Assembly: GCF_008831285.2 (NCBI RefSeq)
Contig: NC_045138.2
Coordinates: 40,424,001 to 40,488,000 of the forward strand
DNA length: 64,000 nt
From: Nymphaea colorata
Lineage: Eukaryota
Direction: 5' to 3'
Of this stretch, positions 1 to 13,385 are shown in pieces. How positions within the stretch are numbered: the stretch's first letter is position 1; each line of letters opens with the position of its first letter. A model generated the notes under the pieces. That model saw only the letters and a program-made list of their open reading frames with translations, did no database searches and was not told the DNA's origin. The translations under genes and the position numbers were made by a program.

Positions 1-1165
1 CAACCATAATATGTCCTGAAATCAGGGATGTAAATGGGTCTATTGATCCGATTGTCGAGCTCAAACTGGACACATTTAGTTGGACCCTGTAACTGCAAAA
101 GGATTTGAACCTGAATCCGGATCCAAAGTGCAGTAAATGGCTTACGATCAACTATAGATAAAAGTTGAATCTTCTGTTAGATGCAGATTTGATTTCAAAA
201 TTTCAAGTATGAATGCGAACAGGCGGTATGACTTGAAATAGAAGGACTTGAAAGGATCTTCCCCTTTACTATTTAGAACAAGAAACCCAAAGATTAGAGG
301 AAAGAATGAAATTGTCCTCGTTGGGGAACCATCGGATCATTGATCCGTGACTCATCATTAAGTGATTATGCGAATCGAATTGAGAACTTTAATTTTCGTC
401 GGAAACCAGTATTTTTTAGAAGAAAAAATTCCAAGTTGTTGCTGCCCAGCCCTCGACAGCGGCGGAGCCAGAAGGACAGGGCGTCGGCACATGATATCCT
501 CAAGCCAAAAAAAAACTTTAAAATTTTTCATTTATTGTATGTGAAATGATTTTTAAAGCTTTTAATATTTCCAAATTCTGTGAATTTCACGTATCTTTGC
601 AAATCTTAAGTTGATATTATGTATGTAAACATCAAAATTGAGCAACTTGTGATTAAATTCCCCAAAATTTAGTAGTAATGTGTACCAAATATCCAACATA
701 TAGCTCTAAATGAAGAAAGCGAATGGATTCCTCTTAATAGTTTAACAAGAACGACAATCAGTCTGGAGGGAAACAATAGAGAGAAATAATGCAAAGAAAG
801 AAACCAAGAAATTAAGAAAAGTCAAACATCCGTACTTGACGGCTGACGCCTCATTTGGGCTACTAAATAACCTTAGGAAAAAAAAAAAAAAGGCCATGTA
901 CCAAGGGAAGACCAAAAAAACGTTCACAACAAGAAGATAATTAGAGGAAAGGACATCACACTGACTCGATCAAGAGAAAGAAGCGTTGACGGTAGACAAG
1001 GCACATGTTGAAATCAAAGATGCTCCACTCCAGCTTATCCCACGGATACCTCTTGGACATGAACAGAGTAAACAAGTAAGGGTCGATAGACAAATAAACA
1101 AGTAAGGGTCGATAGACAAATTTGGTTTCTCGTCTGTCCCAAATCCCAGATGTCTCACCAAGCAC
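1..1165. repeat. Segmental duplication, copy 1 of the 3' flank of the GH17 pseudogene (paralogous to 10007-12840)
   Basis: 1-300 matches 10007-10300 (aaccataatatgtcct...cagggatg.aaatgggtctattgatccgattgtcgagctcaaactgg). 550-1160 matches 11235-11339 plus 12276-12840. Confidence 0.85.
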
Positions 1166-4100
1166 TACAATGCGTTGCCAGTCGTGGCGACGTCGGGCTC
1201 ACCACCAGCGGAGGGCCAATCGTTGGACGAAACGACAACAGGGACATCAGGATAGCAGATCTTTTTCATTGCCCAGTAGAATGCGTCAACCGCCGTGCAA
1301 AATGAATTGGTCGCATGGTAAGAACTAGAAGCAGCAATATCGTCACTTTTCTCGCTCACAATGTAAGGAAAGACGTTGACCATGAGCGGTAACTTATTCT
1401 CAGCAAGAAATTCAACAGTAGGGTGCATAAATGGAATACAATCATCCAAGAAGCTAGCATACGAGGTATTCGTCCATTTGGCAAGGACATCCATGGCAAC
1501 TGATGTGAATACCTGTATAGATAAACCACCCTTATCCAGAGAGCAAAGACACTTGTGGTGACGACGGGCTCACCACCAGCAAAGGACCAACCGGTGGACG
1601 AAACAACAAAGAGGACGCTGGGATAACCGATCTTTTTCATTGCCGAGTAAAATGCGACAACCGTCGCGTCGAATGAGTTGATACAAAGGAGAGAACGAAG
1701 AACGCGAGTGACGTCACTTTTCTCGTACATATTGTAAGGGAAGATGTTGACCATGAGCAACGACTCATTCTCAACGAGAAAAACAACAATAAGGTGTATA
1801 AATGGAGTAAAATTGTTCAGGAAGCTGCAATTGAAGGGATTCGTCCATTTCATAAGGACATCCATGCCAACTGATGTGAATACCTATATCGATTTAACTG
1901 CTCTTATCCAAAGAGTGCAGCGCGTTATGAACGTTTTGCATAGCCTTTTTGGATTCCTTGGTGTACCTTTCTCCGAGCCAGATTTGTCACCAAGCACTGG
2001 TTGTAAGCCAGTGCGTCGACACTCGTAGTGACGATGGACCCACCACCAGCGGAGGGCCAATCACTGGACGAAACAACAATGGGGACGTTGGGATAGCCGA
2101 TCTTTTCAATTGCCAAGTAGAATGCAACAACCGTCGCGTTGAATGAGTTGGTCCAGAGGAAAGAACAAGGTACGCGAGTGACGTCACTTTTCTCTTACCT
2201 ATTGTAGCGAAAGGCATTGACCATGAGCGGTGACTCATCGGTGACTCATTCTTAGCGAGAAACAATAGGGTATATAAATGGAGTCCAATCATGTTGGCAT
2301 CAAAGGGATTCGTTCATTTGGCAATGACATCCATGCCAACTGATGTAGATACTTGTGTTTATAAACCACCTTTATCCAGAAAGTGCAGCGCATTATATAC
2401 GTTTTGCATGACTTTTTTCGATTCGTTGGTGTATCATATTCCTGAGCCATATGTGTCACCAAGCTCTCGTTGTAGGCCAGTCCGTCGGCACTCATGGAGA
2501 CGATGGGTTGACCACTAGCGGAGGGCAAAACGGTGGATGAAGCCACAATGGGGACGTTGGGATAGCCGATCTTTTTCATTGCCGAGTAGAATATGACAAT
2601 CGCCACGTCAAATGAATTGGTCTAGAGGAGAGGCAAGTGACGTCACTTTTCTCGTACCTATTGTAAGGAAAGACGTTGACCATGAGCAGTGACTCATTCT
2701 CAGCGAGAAAAGCAACAATAGGATGTATAAATAGAGTCCAAGCATTGAAGGGATTTATCCATTTGGCAAGGACATCCATGCCAACTGATGTGGATACTTG
2801 TATAGATAAACCACCCTTATCTAGAGAGTGCAGCGCGTTATAAACGTTTTGCATGGCCTTTTAGTATTCATTGGTGTACCCTTTCTCTAAACCAGATGTG
2901 TCATCAAGCTGTGGTTGTAGGGCAGTGCGTCGACACTCGTGGTGACAACAGTCTCACCACCAGTGGAGGGTCAACCGGTGGATGAAACAACAACAAGGAT
3001 GTTGGGATATCTGATATTTTCCATTGCCGAGTAGAATGCGACAACTGACGCGTCGAATGAGTTGGTCTAAAGGAGAGAACAAGGTATGTGAGTGACGTTA
3101 CTTTTTTCGTACCTATTGTAAGGGAAGATGTTAACCATGAATGGTGACTCATTATCAGCGAGAAAAACTACAATAGAGTGTACAAATGGAGTCCAAACAT
3201 CGAAGGGAATCATCCATTTGGCAAGGACATTCATGCCAACTGACGTGGATACTTGTATAGATAGACCGCCATTATCCAGAGAGTGTAGTGCGTTATAAAC
3301 GTTTTACATGTGTTTTTTTGAATTCATTGGTGTACCATTCTCTGAGCCAAATGTGTCACCAAGCTCTGGTTGTAGGCCAGTGCATCGGCACTCGTGGTGA
3401 CGACAAGCTCACCACCAGCGGATGGCCAACCAGTGGACGAAACAACAACCGAAACGCTGGGATAGTCGATCTTTTCCATTGACGAGTAGAATGCGACGAC
3501 TGTCTTGTCGAATGAGTTGGTCTAAATGAGAGAACGAGGTACGTGAATGACGTCACTTTTCTCGTACCTATGGTAGGGGAAGATGTTGACCATGAACGGT
3601 GACTCATTCTCATCGAGAAAAGCTACAATAGTGTGCATAAATGGAGTCCATGCATCGAAAGGATTCATCCATTTGGCAAGGACATTCATGCCAACTGACG
3701 TTGATACCTATATAGATAGACCACCATTATCCAAAGAGTGCAACACATTATGAACATTTTGCATGGCTTTTTTGGATTCATTGGTGTACCCTTTCTCTGA
3801 GCCAAAGAAGTCATCAAGCTCTGGTTGTAAGCCAGTGCGTCCGCACTCGTGGTGACGACAAGCTCACCACCAACAGAGGGTCAACAGTGGACGAAACAAC
3901 AACGAGGATGCTGGGATAACTGATTTTTCATTGCCGAGTAGAATGTGACAACCGCCCCGCCAAATGAGTTGGTCCAAAGGAGAGAACAAGGTAAGTGAGT
4001 GACGTCACATTTCCTGTACCTATTGTAAGGGAAGACGTTGACATTGAGTAGTGACTTATTATCAGCGAGAAAAACAACAATAAGGTGTATAAATAAAGTT

Positions 4101-7100
4101 CAATTGTCCATAAAGCTGCATCGAAGGGATTCATCCATTTAGCAAGGATATCCATGCCAACTGATGTAGGTACCTGTATAGATAAACCACCCTTATCCAG
4201 AGAGTGCAGTGCGTTACAGACTGTTTTGCATGACCTTTTTGAATTCATTGGTGTACCCTTTGTCTGAGGCAGATGTATCACCACGCTCTGGTTGTAGGCC
4301 AGTGCGTCGGCACTCGTGGTGACAACAGGCTCACTACCAGGGGAGGGCCAACCTATGGACGAATCAACAACGAGGATGTTGGCATAGCCGATTTTTGCCA
4401 TTGCCGAGTAGATTGCAACAACCGCCACGTTGAATGAATTGGTCCAGAGAAAAGAACGAGGTACGCGAATGACGTTACTTTTCTCGTACCTATTGTAAGG
4501 GAAGACGTTGATCATGAACATTGACTCATTCTTAGCGAGAAAAGCAACAATAGGGTGCAGCGTGTTATGGACGTTTTACATAACTTTTTGGATTCGTTGG
4601 TGTACCCTTTCTTTAAGCCAGATGTGTCACCAAGCTCTGGTTGTAGGCCTGTGCGTCGGTACTCGTGGTGGCAATAGGCTCACCACCAGTGGAGGGCGAA
4701 GCAGTGGACAAAACAAAAAAGGGGATGTTGGGATAGCCGATCTTTTTCATTGCCGAGTAGAATGCGACAACCGCCGCATCGAATGAGTTGGTTCAGAGGA
4801 AAAAATGAGGTACACGAGTGACGTTACTTTTCTCGTACCTATTATAAGAGACGACGTTGAGCATGAGCATTGACTCATTCTCGGCGAGAAAAGCAACAAT
4901 AGGGTCTATAAATGGAGTTATACCGCGGGCATTCGAGGGCGTCGTCCATTTGCCAAGGTCATTCATGTCAACTGATGTGGAAAGTATATAGATAAACTGC
5001 CCATATCGGGAGAGTACAACGCGTTATGGACGTTCGGCATGGCTGAGATTAAAAGAAGGCGGCGACTTTCTTAACCCATAATGCCTACATTTCCTACAGT
5101 TATGTACCAGATCTTGAAGGACGATGAGTATGACATGATGTTATCAGAGACCTACCGAAAGGCATGGTCAAAAGAAAGTGCTAAATCACGGAGATCTTCA
5201 TTGGGGATTCCTAAATTGACCTCTTGGTGTTTACCAACGCTTTCAGCAAGTTGTGATCACGATGGAGTACCCTGAGTTTCTTGATCCCAAGAGAACGGAT
5301 GAACACCATCGCGGGTGTTCAGTACTCGTGGAACCATTAAGTGTTGTTAGATTTTCTGCAAGGCACCAGTAAATCCAAAGAGAGAACGAGGTATGCAAAT
5401 GACGTTACTTTTCTCGTAATTATTGTAAGGGAAGACGTTGTTACTGATTTTCTGTGAGAAAAATAACAATAGGGTATATAAATAGAGTCCTATGTGCATA
5501 AATAAGGCTTCATTATCCAAAGAGTGCAATGTGTTATGGACGTTTTGCATAACTTTCTTGGATTCCTTGGTGTACCATTTCTTTGAGTCAGATGTGTCAC
5601 CAAGCTCTGGTTGTAGGCCAGTGCGTCGGTACTCGTGGTAACGACAGACTTACCATTAGCGAAGGGCCATGTAGTGGACAAAATAAGAATGAGGACGCTG
5701 GGATAACTGATCATTTTTCATTGCCGAGTAGAATGTGACAACCGCCGCATCGAATGAGTTGGTCCAGAGGAGAGGTACACGAGTGATGTCACTTTTCTCG
5801 TACCAATTATAAGGGAAGACGTTGAGCATGAGCATTGACTCATTTTCAGCGAGAAAAGTAACAATAGGGTGTATAACTGGAGTCCTACCGTGGGCATCCG
5901 AGGGCGTCGTCCATTTGCCAAGGACATTCTTGCCATATGATGTGGAAACATGTATAGGTAAACTGCCCATATCGAGAGAGTACGGCGCGTGATGGACGTT
6001 CGACATGGCTGGGAGCACAAGAAGGCGGCGACATTCTTCACCCATAATACCTACATTTCCTACAGTGATGTAGTAGATCTTGAGGGACGACGAGTACGGC
6101 TTGATGTTATCGGAGACCTACCGGCAGGCATGGTCAAAAGAATATGCTAAATCATAGAGATCTTAATTGGGGATTCCTAAATTGACCTCCACGTTAGTGT
6201 TTGCCAATGCTTTCAGCAAGTTGTGGTATGGATGGAGTACCCTGAGTTTCTTGATCCCAAGAGAACGGATGAGCGCCATCGCTTCTTTGAGAGAGGGTGT
6301 TCAGTACTCCTGGAATCATTAAGTGTTGTTGGATTTTACGTAGGGCACCAGTAAATCCAAAAAGAGAACGAGGTATGCGAATGACGTTACTTTTCTTGTA
6401 CTGATTGTAAGGGAAGACGTTGTGACTGATTTTTTGCGAGAAAAACAACAATATGGTGTATAAATGAAGTCCTACGTATATAAATAAGTATCTCTTAAAC
6501 AAAGAGTGCGACGTGTTATGGACGTTTTGCATGACTTTTTTGGATTTGTTGGTGTACCAAGCTCTGGTTGTAGGTCAGTGCATCGGTACTCGTTGTAACG
6601 ATAGACTAACCATTAGTGGAGGGCCAAGCAGTGGATAAAACAAGAGTTGGAACGTTGGGATACAATCAGCAAAAGGCCAAACGGTGGACAAAACAAGAAA
6701 TGAGACGTTGTGATAGCCGATCTTTTCCATTGTCAAGTAGAATACGACAACCGCCGCATCGAATGAGTTGGTCCGGAGGAGAGAACGAGGTACATGGGTG
6801 ACGTCACTTTTCTCGTACCTATTATAAGGGAAGACGTTGAGCATGAGCATTGACTCATTCTCAGTGAGAAAAACAACAATAGGGAGTATAAATAGAGAGA
6901 CCTACCGTAGACATTCGAGGGCGTCGTCCATTTGCCAAACACATTCATGCCAACTGATGTGGAAACATGTATAGATAAACTGCCCATATCGAGAGAGTAC
7001 AGCGCGTTATAGACATTCAGCATGACTGGGAGCACAAGAAGGCGGCGACGTTCTTCATGCATAATACCTACATTTGCTATAGTGATGTACAGATCTTGAG

Positions 7101-8275
7101 GGACGACGAGTATGCCTTGATGTTATTGAAGTCCTACTGGCAGACATGATTAAAAGAAAGTGCTAAATCACGAAGATTTTTATTGGGGATTCCTAAATTG
7201 ACCTCCACGTTGTGTTTGCCAATGCATTCAGCAAGTTGTGGTCAGGATGAAGTTCCCTGAGTTTCTTGATCCCAAGAGAACGGATGGGCGCCATCGCTTC
7301 GTTGAGAGGGGGGTGTTCAGTATCCCTGAAATCATTAAGTGTCGTTGGATTTTCTGTAGGTCACCAGTAAATCCAAAGGGAAGACGTTGTGACTGATTTT
7401 CTACGAGAAGAACAATAATAGGGTATATAAATGGAGTCCTACGTGCATAAATAAGCCTCCCTTATCCAAAGAGTGCAACGTGTTATGGACATTTTGCATG
7501 ACTTTTTTGGATTCGTTGGTATACCCTTTCTTTGAGCCAGATGTGTTACCAAGCTCTGATTGTAGGCCAATGCGTCGGTACTCATGGTGACGACATGCTC
7601 ACCATCAGCGGAGGACCAAGCGGTAGATAAAACAAGAAAGGGGACGTTGGGATAGCCGATCTTTTCCGTTGCCAAGTAGAATGCGACAACCGCTACGTCG
7701 AACGAGTTGGTCAAGAGGAGAGAACGAGGTACACGAGTGACGTTGAACATGAACATTGACTCATTCTCATATAGAAAAGCAACAATATGGTGTATAAATG
7801 GAGTCCTACCGCGGGCATCCGAGGGCATTGTCCATTTGGCAAGGACATTCATGCCAACTGATGTAGAAACATTTATAGATAAACTGCCCATATCGAGAGA
7901 GTAGAGCGCGTTATGGACGTTCGACATGGCTGGGAGTAGAAGAAGGCAGCGACGTTCTTCACCCATAATACCTACATTTCCTACAGTGATGTAGCAGATC
8001 TTGAGGGACGACGAGTACGACTTGATGTTATCGGAGACCTACCGGCAGACATGGTGAAAAGAAAGTGCTAAATCACGGAGATCTTAATTGGGGATTCCTA
8101 AATTGACTTCTACGTTGGTGTTTGCCAATGCTTTCAGCAAGTTGTGGTTTGGTTAGAGTACCCTGAGTTTCTTGATCGCAAGAGAACGGATGAGCGCCAT
8201 CGCTTCGTTGAGAGGGGGGTGTTCAGTACTCCTGGAATCATTAAGTGTTGTTGGATTTTCTGTAGGGCCCAGTAA
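956..8275 (-). pseudogene. Degenerate GH17 beta-1,3-glucanase-like gene whose coding exon is internally amplified into a tandem array
   Basis: Minus-strand ORF fragments repeatedly match the intact glucanase at 18909-19867: MQNVYNAL, VSTSVGM, PLMVNVFPY, NSFDA.V.AFYSAM.KIGYP.VP.VVSS.GWPS.GG, YNQ.LV.H..Q..GTP. An N-terminal part (PLNEAMALIRSLGIKKLRV vs PSPQDAIRLIQSRGIRKVRL) lies at ~8160-8220 and a C-terminal part at 956-1165. Many frameshifts and stops. Confidence 0.92.
1165..8275. repeat. Tandem repeat array derived from GH17 coding sequence: ~350-470 bp monomers (1.2-4.8 kb), then ~0.9-1.0 kb higher-order units (4.8-8.3 kb)
   Basis: Marker ttgccgagtagaatg (or close variant) recurs at about 1268, 1640, 2110, 2580, 3023, 3478, 3930, 4400, 4750, 5720, 6730 and 7670. 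Marker ataatacctacatt recurs at about 5078, 6045, 7061 and 7965. Confidence 0.92.
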
Positions 8276-8616
8276 CAACATATGGTAGGGGTTAGATCCC
8301 AAAGAAATTATAGTTAAAATCTGAAAAAGGTCACAGGAAGGTTCTGGTGGTGAAGATCACTTGGATTGGAGATCAGAAACCCACCAAAAGAGGAGTTCTT
8401 GGTGGCTACTTGTCTATAGATGAACTGAGAAATTAACAAGAAATAAGAGGGAGAAAGAGAGATTACCCCCCGTGACTCCCCGGCTGGATGCAGGCTAACA
8501 GAAGCTTGATGGTTTACGGCTCCATCCTCTTCAGTCGATCCGTGGACTTCTGCTCTCACATATACACAATGCTACACCAGTTTCTTGCGAAGCCTCTTGT
8601 CACCTCTTTTACTTCA

Positions 8617-9050
8617 ATTGATTCCCCTTTCATCGTTCTTCCAAAGCCAAACCATTATGGTGAATGATTCTCTGTTTTGGAGTTTCTTTAAAACATTTCT
8701 TCGAGAGGGGTTCTTGATTATAGATGTGATTCATTTTATGTAACACACAAGTGGATGTTGCTTAATCGGTCTTAAATAAGATTTCTATTCAGATCATATA
8801 TAAAATAAAATACCCGCTGCAAATTATTAATGCTTAGATGTAATCCGAATAAAATGTCCGTAAAAGAACAGATATTCAAGAATTTATTTGGTGAGAAGTC
8901 TTATACTGAATTGGCTTTCGATCACTAGGCGGATTTAAATTTTTAATGAATCCAAGTACATATTCAGATTTGGGTTGTGAATCAAATATTAGATTACAAG
9001 CGAGCTATTGACATACCTACCTTTTTCCTTCATCCCGAGCACATTGTCAT
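8617..9050. repeat. Dispersed repeat with a hAT-like terminus; direct copies at ~13385-13620 and ~17490-17900
   Basis: Shared ccaaacca...gttttggagtttc...caagtggat...gatttctattcagatcata. Ends in tattgacat(a/c)ccta at ~9019 and ~17871, which resembles a TAGGGATGTCAAT hAT-type TIR. No TSD found. Confidence 0.55.
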
Positions 9051-11339
9051 ATAAACTAAATTATTTTCATCACGTTTATTATCATTAAAATTTTCCTTTT
9101 ATCACTGTTGTATATTTTTTTTTCACGTTTTCCAATTAGTTTCTCCTTTATTTCATTTATACCTATTTTTTATTTTTTAAAATTTTGTGAGTTTTTCCCA
9201 AGATTTTCCCAAAAAATCAACTTTGCCGCTAAAAACCCATAAAATTCTCACAGTTAAACCTGAGAAATGATATACATATATATATGTACCATTAATCCTA
9301 GAAAAAATAATTCATGATTCAAAACTTATTGATTTTCAGCATGAGTGGAGGAAATGGTTGTACGCACAAAGCTAGTGGAGGAAATGGTTGTCCGTTGGTC
9401 AGATGCATTCCTTCTGTTTTCTTGTTCAAGTTCAGCTTTATCACATAAATCGTTGTCTTTTTGTAGGTCTAGTTTAGTCGACACTCTATGTCCTATATTT
9501 TTCTCAATGAGAGCTGAGTCAGATTTTTAAGATAAAACGTTCTTTATATTTTTCTTTGTCCATCTTTCCATTCTTAAATGCTGCATTATATAGACATACC
9601 AATGTTCTACAGACCAAGTTACAGCATAAAGTCCCACAGATATGTCTCACAATCATTTCACAATGCATTCGTCATTAATCTTGCAAAACTTACACATTGC
9701 AACTAATCGATAATCAATCCAAACCCAATTCTTGGCAAATAACCGATAATCAATCATCAAACTATTCATGCAAAACCTACACATTGCAATCTCCGTATTT
9801 ATTATTTTATCATCTTTATGCAATTCATGTATTATCTTTATCTTAACTGTTCGTTTCGTCCGCATTAACTCCTGAACATTAATATTTTCGTTTAAGTTCT
9901 GGTTTTGATTTTGAAAGAGAGAGAGAAAAAAAGAAGATTGTGGCCTATAATAGGAGATGCTCAATAAATAGCACATCATAATTCGATTGTGGGGCAAATT
10001 ATGTTGAACCATAATATGTCCTCAAACCAGGGATGCAAATGGGTCTATTGATCCGATTGTCGAGCTCAAACTGGACCCATCTAGTTAGACCCGGTAACTG
10101 CAAAAGGAAATGAAGCTGAATCCTAATCCAAAATGCAGTAAATGGCTTAGGACCAACTATGGTTAGAAGTTGAATCTTGCTTGTGTTTGATGCAGATTTG
10201 ATTTCAAAATTTCAAGTAGGAATGCGAACAGGTGGTATGACTTGAAATAGAAGGGCTTGAAAGCATCTTCCCTTTTACTATTACGAACAAGAAACCCAAA
10301 GAGTAGTGTTCGGAAACCTGTGCTTTTTTAAGAAAAAAATTAGAGCAAGGGTGTTCATATATCCTCCTCAACCAAAAGAAAAAAAAAAACGTTAAAAGAT
10401 TTCATTTATGGTATGTAAAAATTTCAAAAAAAAAATTTTAACTTTTATAAAAATTTTAAAATAAAAAAAATTATTGATTCTACCCTGGCCCTAACAGCCA
10501 GCGAAGCACCCATTGTCTACCCTCATAGGACAGGGAGATTGTCGTCGTGGTGAGGGTCTTTTAAAACAATTTTTCTTACTTATTGAATTTACAAATATCC
10601 TGTTTTGGGAGGGTAAATTTGCAAGTGACTGCGAATTCTTGCTTTAGATACACAAATACTGATTCAATAATTACAGACAAAGCTTAACAACAACGGTAAT
10701 AATAACTGAGCAACCTCTTCCCAAATACTATCCATCGTATATAAAAGACAACTTTCAAAAGAGGTTTTTCGTTCTAACGTGGTCTAACAACAGTGTTAAC
10801 GTGAGCTTTTATGAATGTTCAATCTCTCGTCTTCTTCTCTCTTTCTATTAAATGGTTGATGTCTATTGACACTAATAGCAAATTGACCGACAGCCATTCT
10901 TACTAGTTCTCCAATATCACATGTTTTATGGTCATCTTGCTTTTAGGATTATGCCAAAAGATTTTTTTTTTTACGTATAGTCTTGTCTTCTTAAAACATG
11001 TGGCATGCAAACGTAAATGTACCACTTCGGTTGGCAAATGAATAGCATTGTAGAAATTTACAAAAAATGCTTCCGCTTGTGGCGTCATCATAAATGTCGG
11101 AAAATACAAATAATGGCAAGATTTGGAAAAGTATTTTTATTCGAAAATATTTTTTGACAATCATACATTATGTTTTTTAAGTCACTTTTCTCTACAATTT
11201 TCCATCCCATCAGAAATTCCCCTATTGGTAGTAAAATGATTTTTAAATATTCCAAAAATTCTGTGAATATCCTAATTATTTTATACTTTTCTCATTATTT
11301 GTCTCTTTCCAAATCTTAAGTTGATAATATACATGTAAA

Positions 11340-12267
11340 TAAGCCTGGGCAACGGGCCGAGCCACCGCCGGGTACTCGGTACCCGGCTCAACTCGGGCCC
11401 GGGCCGGGCCTTGAAATTTTGAGTTTCGGGCTTTTTTTTTCGGGCTCAACCCGGCCTGGTAATTAATGGGCCGGGCCTCCAACTGTGATTATCAGGGGCC
11501 CGAAAAGCTCAACAACAAATTTATTTTTTTTTTTCAAAAATAAATAGAGTTAGGGAGTTAGGGTTTTCTTCCTCTTCTTTTCGCTGTTATGCGGAAGACC
11601 GAAGTAGGTGTTTGAGGTTACAAACTTGCAGGGACTCAGGGAGGGCGGGCGAAGAGCGGCAGCGCCGGCGAGGAAGGGGCTCGTCGGAGGAGGAGGCATT
11701 AGGCAAAGGCGGAGGAGGAGGAGGCATTGGGCGAATGCGGAGGAGGAGGCGTTGGGCTCACCGGAAGAGGAGGCGTTGGAAGAAGGCGAAGGAGGAGGCA
11801 TTGGGCTTATCAGAAGAGGAGGTGTTGGGCGAAGGCGACATAGAAAGAAGGCCATGGGGAGTCTGCTGTAGCCGGTAGAGGTTGGTGGTGGGAAGTGGAT
11901 GGCGGCGGCTGGCTTCCATTGCCCAGTTTCATATTAACTCTTTTCGATATTGGGGTTAGGGTTGGGAAGGGTTAGGGTTTTGAGAAACTTGAGAAGGGGG
12001 AAAAATGAAGAAAAGAAAAGCCCGGCCCGACTCGGGCCCGGGCCCGACCCACCCAAAAGCCCAATCCAGCCCGCCCGGCCCATTAATAATCGGGCCCGGA
12101 CGGGCCTCGGGCATAAATCAAAGCCCGAGGCCCGATATTGCATGGGCCCGGCCCGGCCCGTTTCTAAAAGGGCCGGGCCTCGGGCTGGCCAGTTTCTAAT
12201 ACCAGGCTTCGATTTTTATAATTTTATTGAGCCGGGCCGGCCCGGCCCGGCCCGATGCCCAGCTTTA
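11340..12267. mobile_element. Non-autonomous hAT-type element (MITE), 928 bp
   Basis: Imperfect TIRs: TAAGCCTGGGCAACGGGCC at the left end and TAAAGCTGGGCATCGGGCC as reverse complement of the right end. 8-bp TSD CATGTAAA at 11332-11339 and 12268-12275. Dense subterminal GGCCCG motifs. Empty paralogous site at ~620-630. Confidence 0.9.
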
Positions 12268-12623
12268 CATGTAAACATCAAAATGAGCAACTTTTGATAA
12301 AATTCTCTAAAATTTAGTAGTAATGTGTACCAAATATGAAATATCCAACATATACTCTAAATGAAGAATTAATTAAGAGATTCCTTTTGAGGAGACCTCT
12401 CTCTCTTTCTCTCTCTTTATATATATGTATATATAATCACACAAGTTGAACATGAACGGCAATCAGTCGGGAGAGAAACAGAATCTACAGTTAACAGAGG
12501 GAAATGATGCAAAGAAAGAAACTAAAAAATTAACACAAAAACAGACGTCCGTACCTGACGGTTGAGGCCCCATTTGAGCTACAAAATAAAAAGGGCCATG
12601 TACTAAGCCAAGTTTAAAAAGGT

Positions 12624-13385
12624 TCACAACTTGCAGAAAACAAGAAGATAACTAAAGAAATAACATAATAGTGACTCGATCAAGAAGAAGCCTTGACGGT
12701 AGACAAGGCGCATGTTGAAATCAAAGAGGCCCCACTCCAGCTTATCCCCCTGATCCCTCTTGGAATTGAACAGAGTAAACAAGTAAGCGACGATAGGCAA
12801 ATTTTGTTTCTTGTTTGTACCAAATCTCAGATGTCTCACCAAGCACTGGTTGTAGGCCAGCGCGTTGGTAGTTGTGGCATCGTCCGGCTCACCACCAGCG
12901 GAGGGCCAACCGGTGGATGAAACGACAAAGTGTTGGCAGTTGTGGCGACGTCGGGCTCACCACCAGCGGAGGGCCACCAGTGGATGAAACGACAACGAAG
13001 ACCTTAGGATAGCCGATTTTTTCCATTGCCCAGGAGAACGAATCAACCGCCGTTCAGAATGAGTTGATCTAGTGGCAAGAACTAGAAGCGGCAGTACCGT
13101 TACTTTTCTCGTTCATATTATAAGGGAAGACGTTGACTATGAGCGGTGACTTATTCTCAGCGAGAAAAGCAACAATAGGGCATATAAATGGAGTCCAATT
13201 ATTCAGGAAGCTAGCATCGATGGGCTTCGTCCATTTGCCAAGGGCATGCATGCCAACTGATGTAGATACATGTATAGATAAACCCCCTTTATTCAGAAAG
13301 TGCAGTGCGTTATGCACGTTTTGCATGGCCGAGAGCAATGTTCTTCACTCATAAAAATTTCATTACCTGCAGTGATGTACTGGAT
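12624..13385 (-). pseudogene. 5'-truncated GH17 glucanase-like pseudogene, the unexpanded sister of the array at 956-8275
   Basis: Reads YITAGNE...SAMQNVHNALHFLNKGGLSIHVSTSVGM...PLIVNVFPY...VVSSTG...GTNKKQNLPIVAYLFTLFN. Frameshifted, with a ~70-bp internal duplication at ~12860-12990. Confidence 0.88.

Noticed and set aside
1165..8275. Regular repeats as a CRISPR-like array, or as many functional glucanase genes
   Set aside because: No short repeat/unique spacer structure. The units are 350-1000 bp diverged GH17 pieces with frameshifts and no individual promoters.
23..9019. One giant hAT element carrying the GH17 array, from cagggatgtaaat to attgacataccta
   Set aside because: The ends look TIR-like but the flanking 8-mers do not match, here or in the second copy.
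11276..12297. Pro/Gly/Arg-rich ORFs
   Set aside because: Low-complexity translations of the hAT MITE interior; the same applies to 48794-49257.
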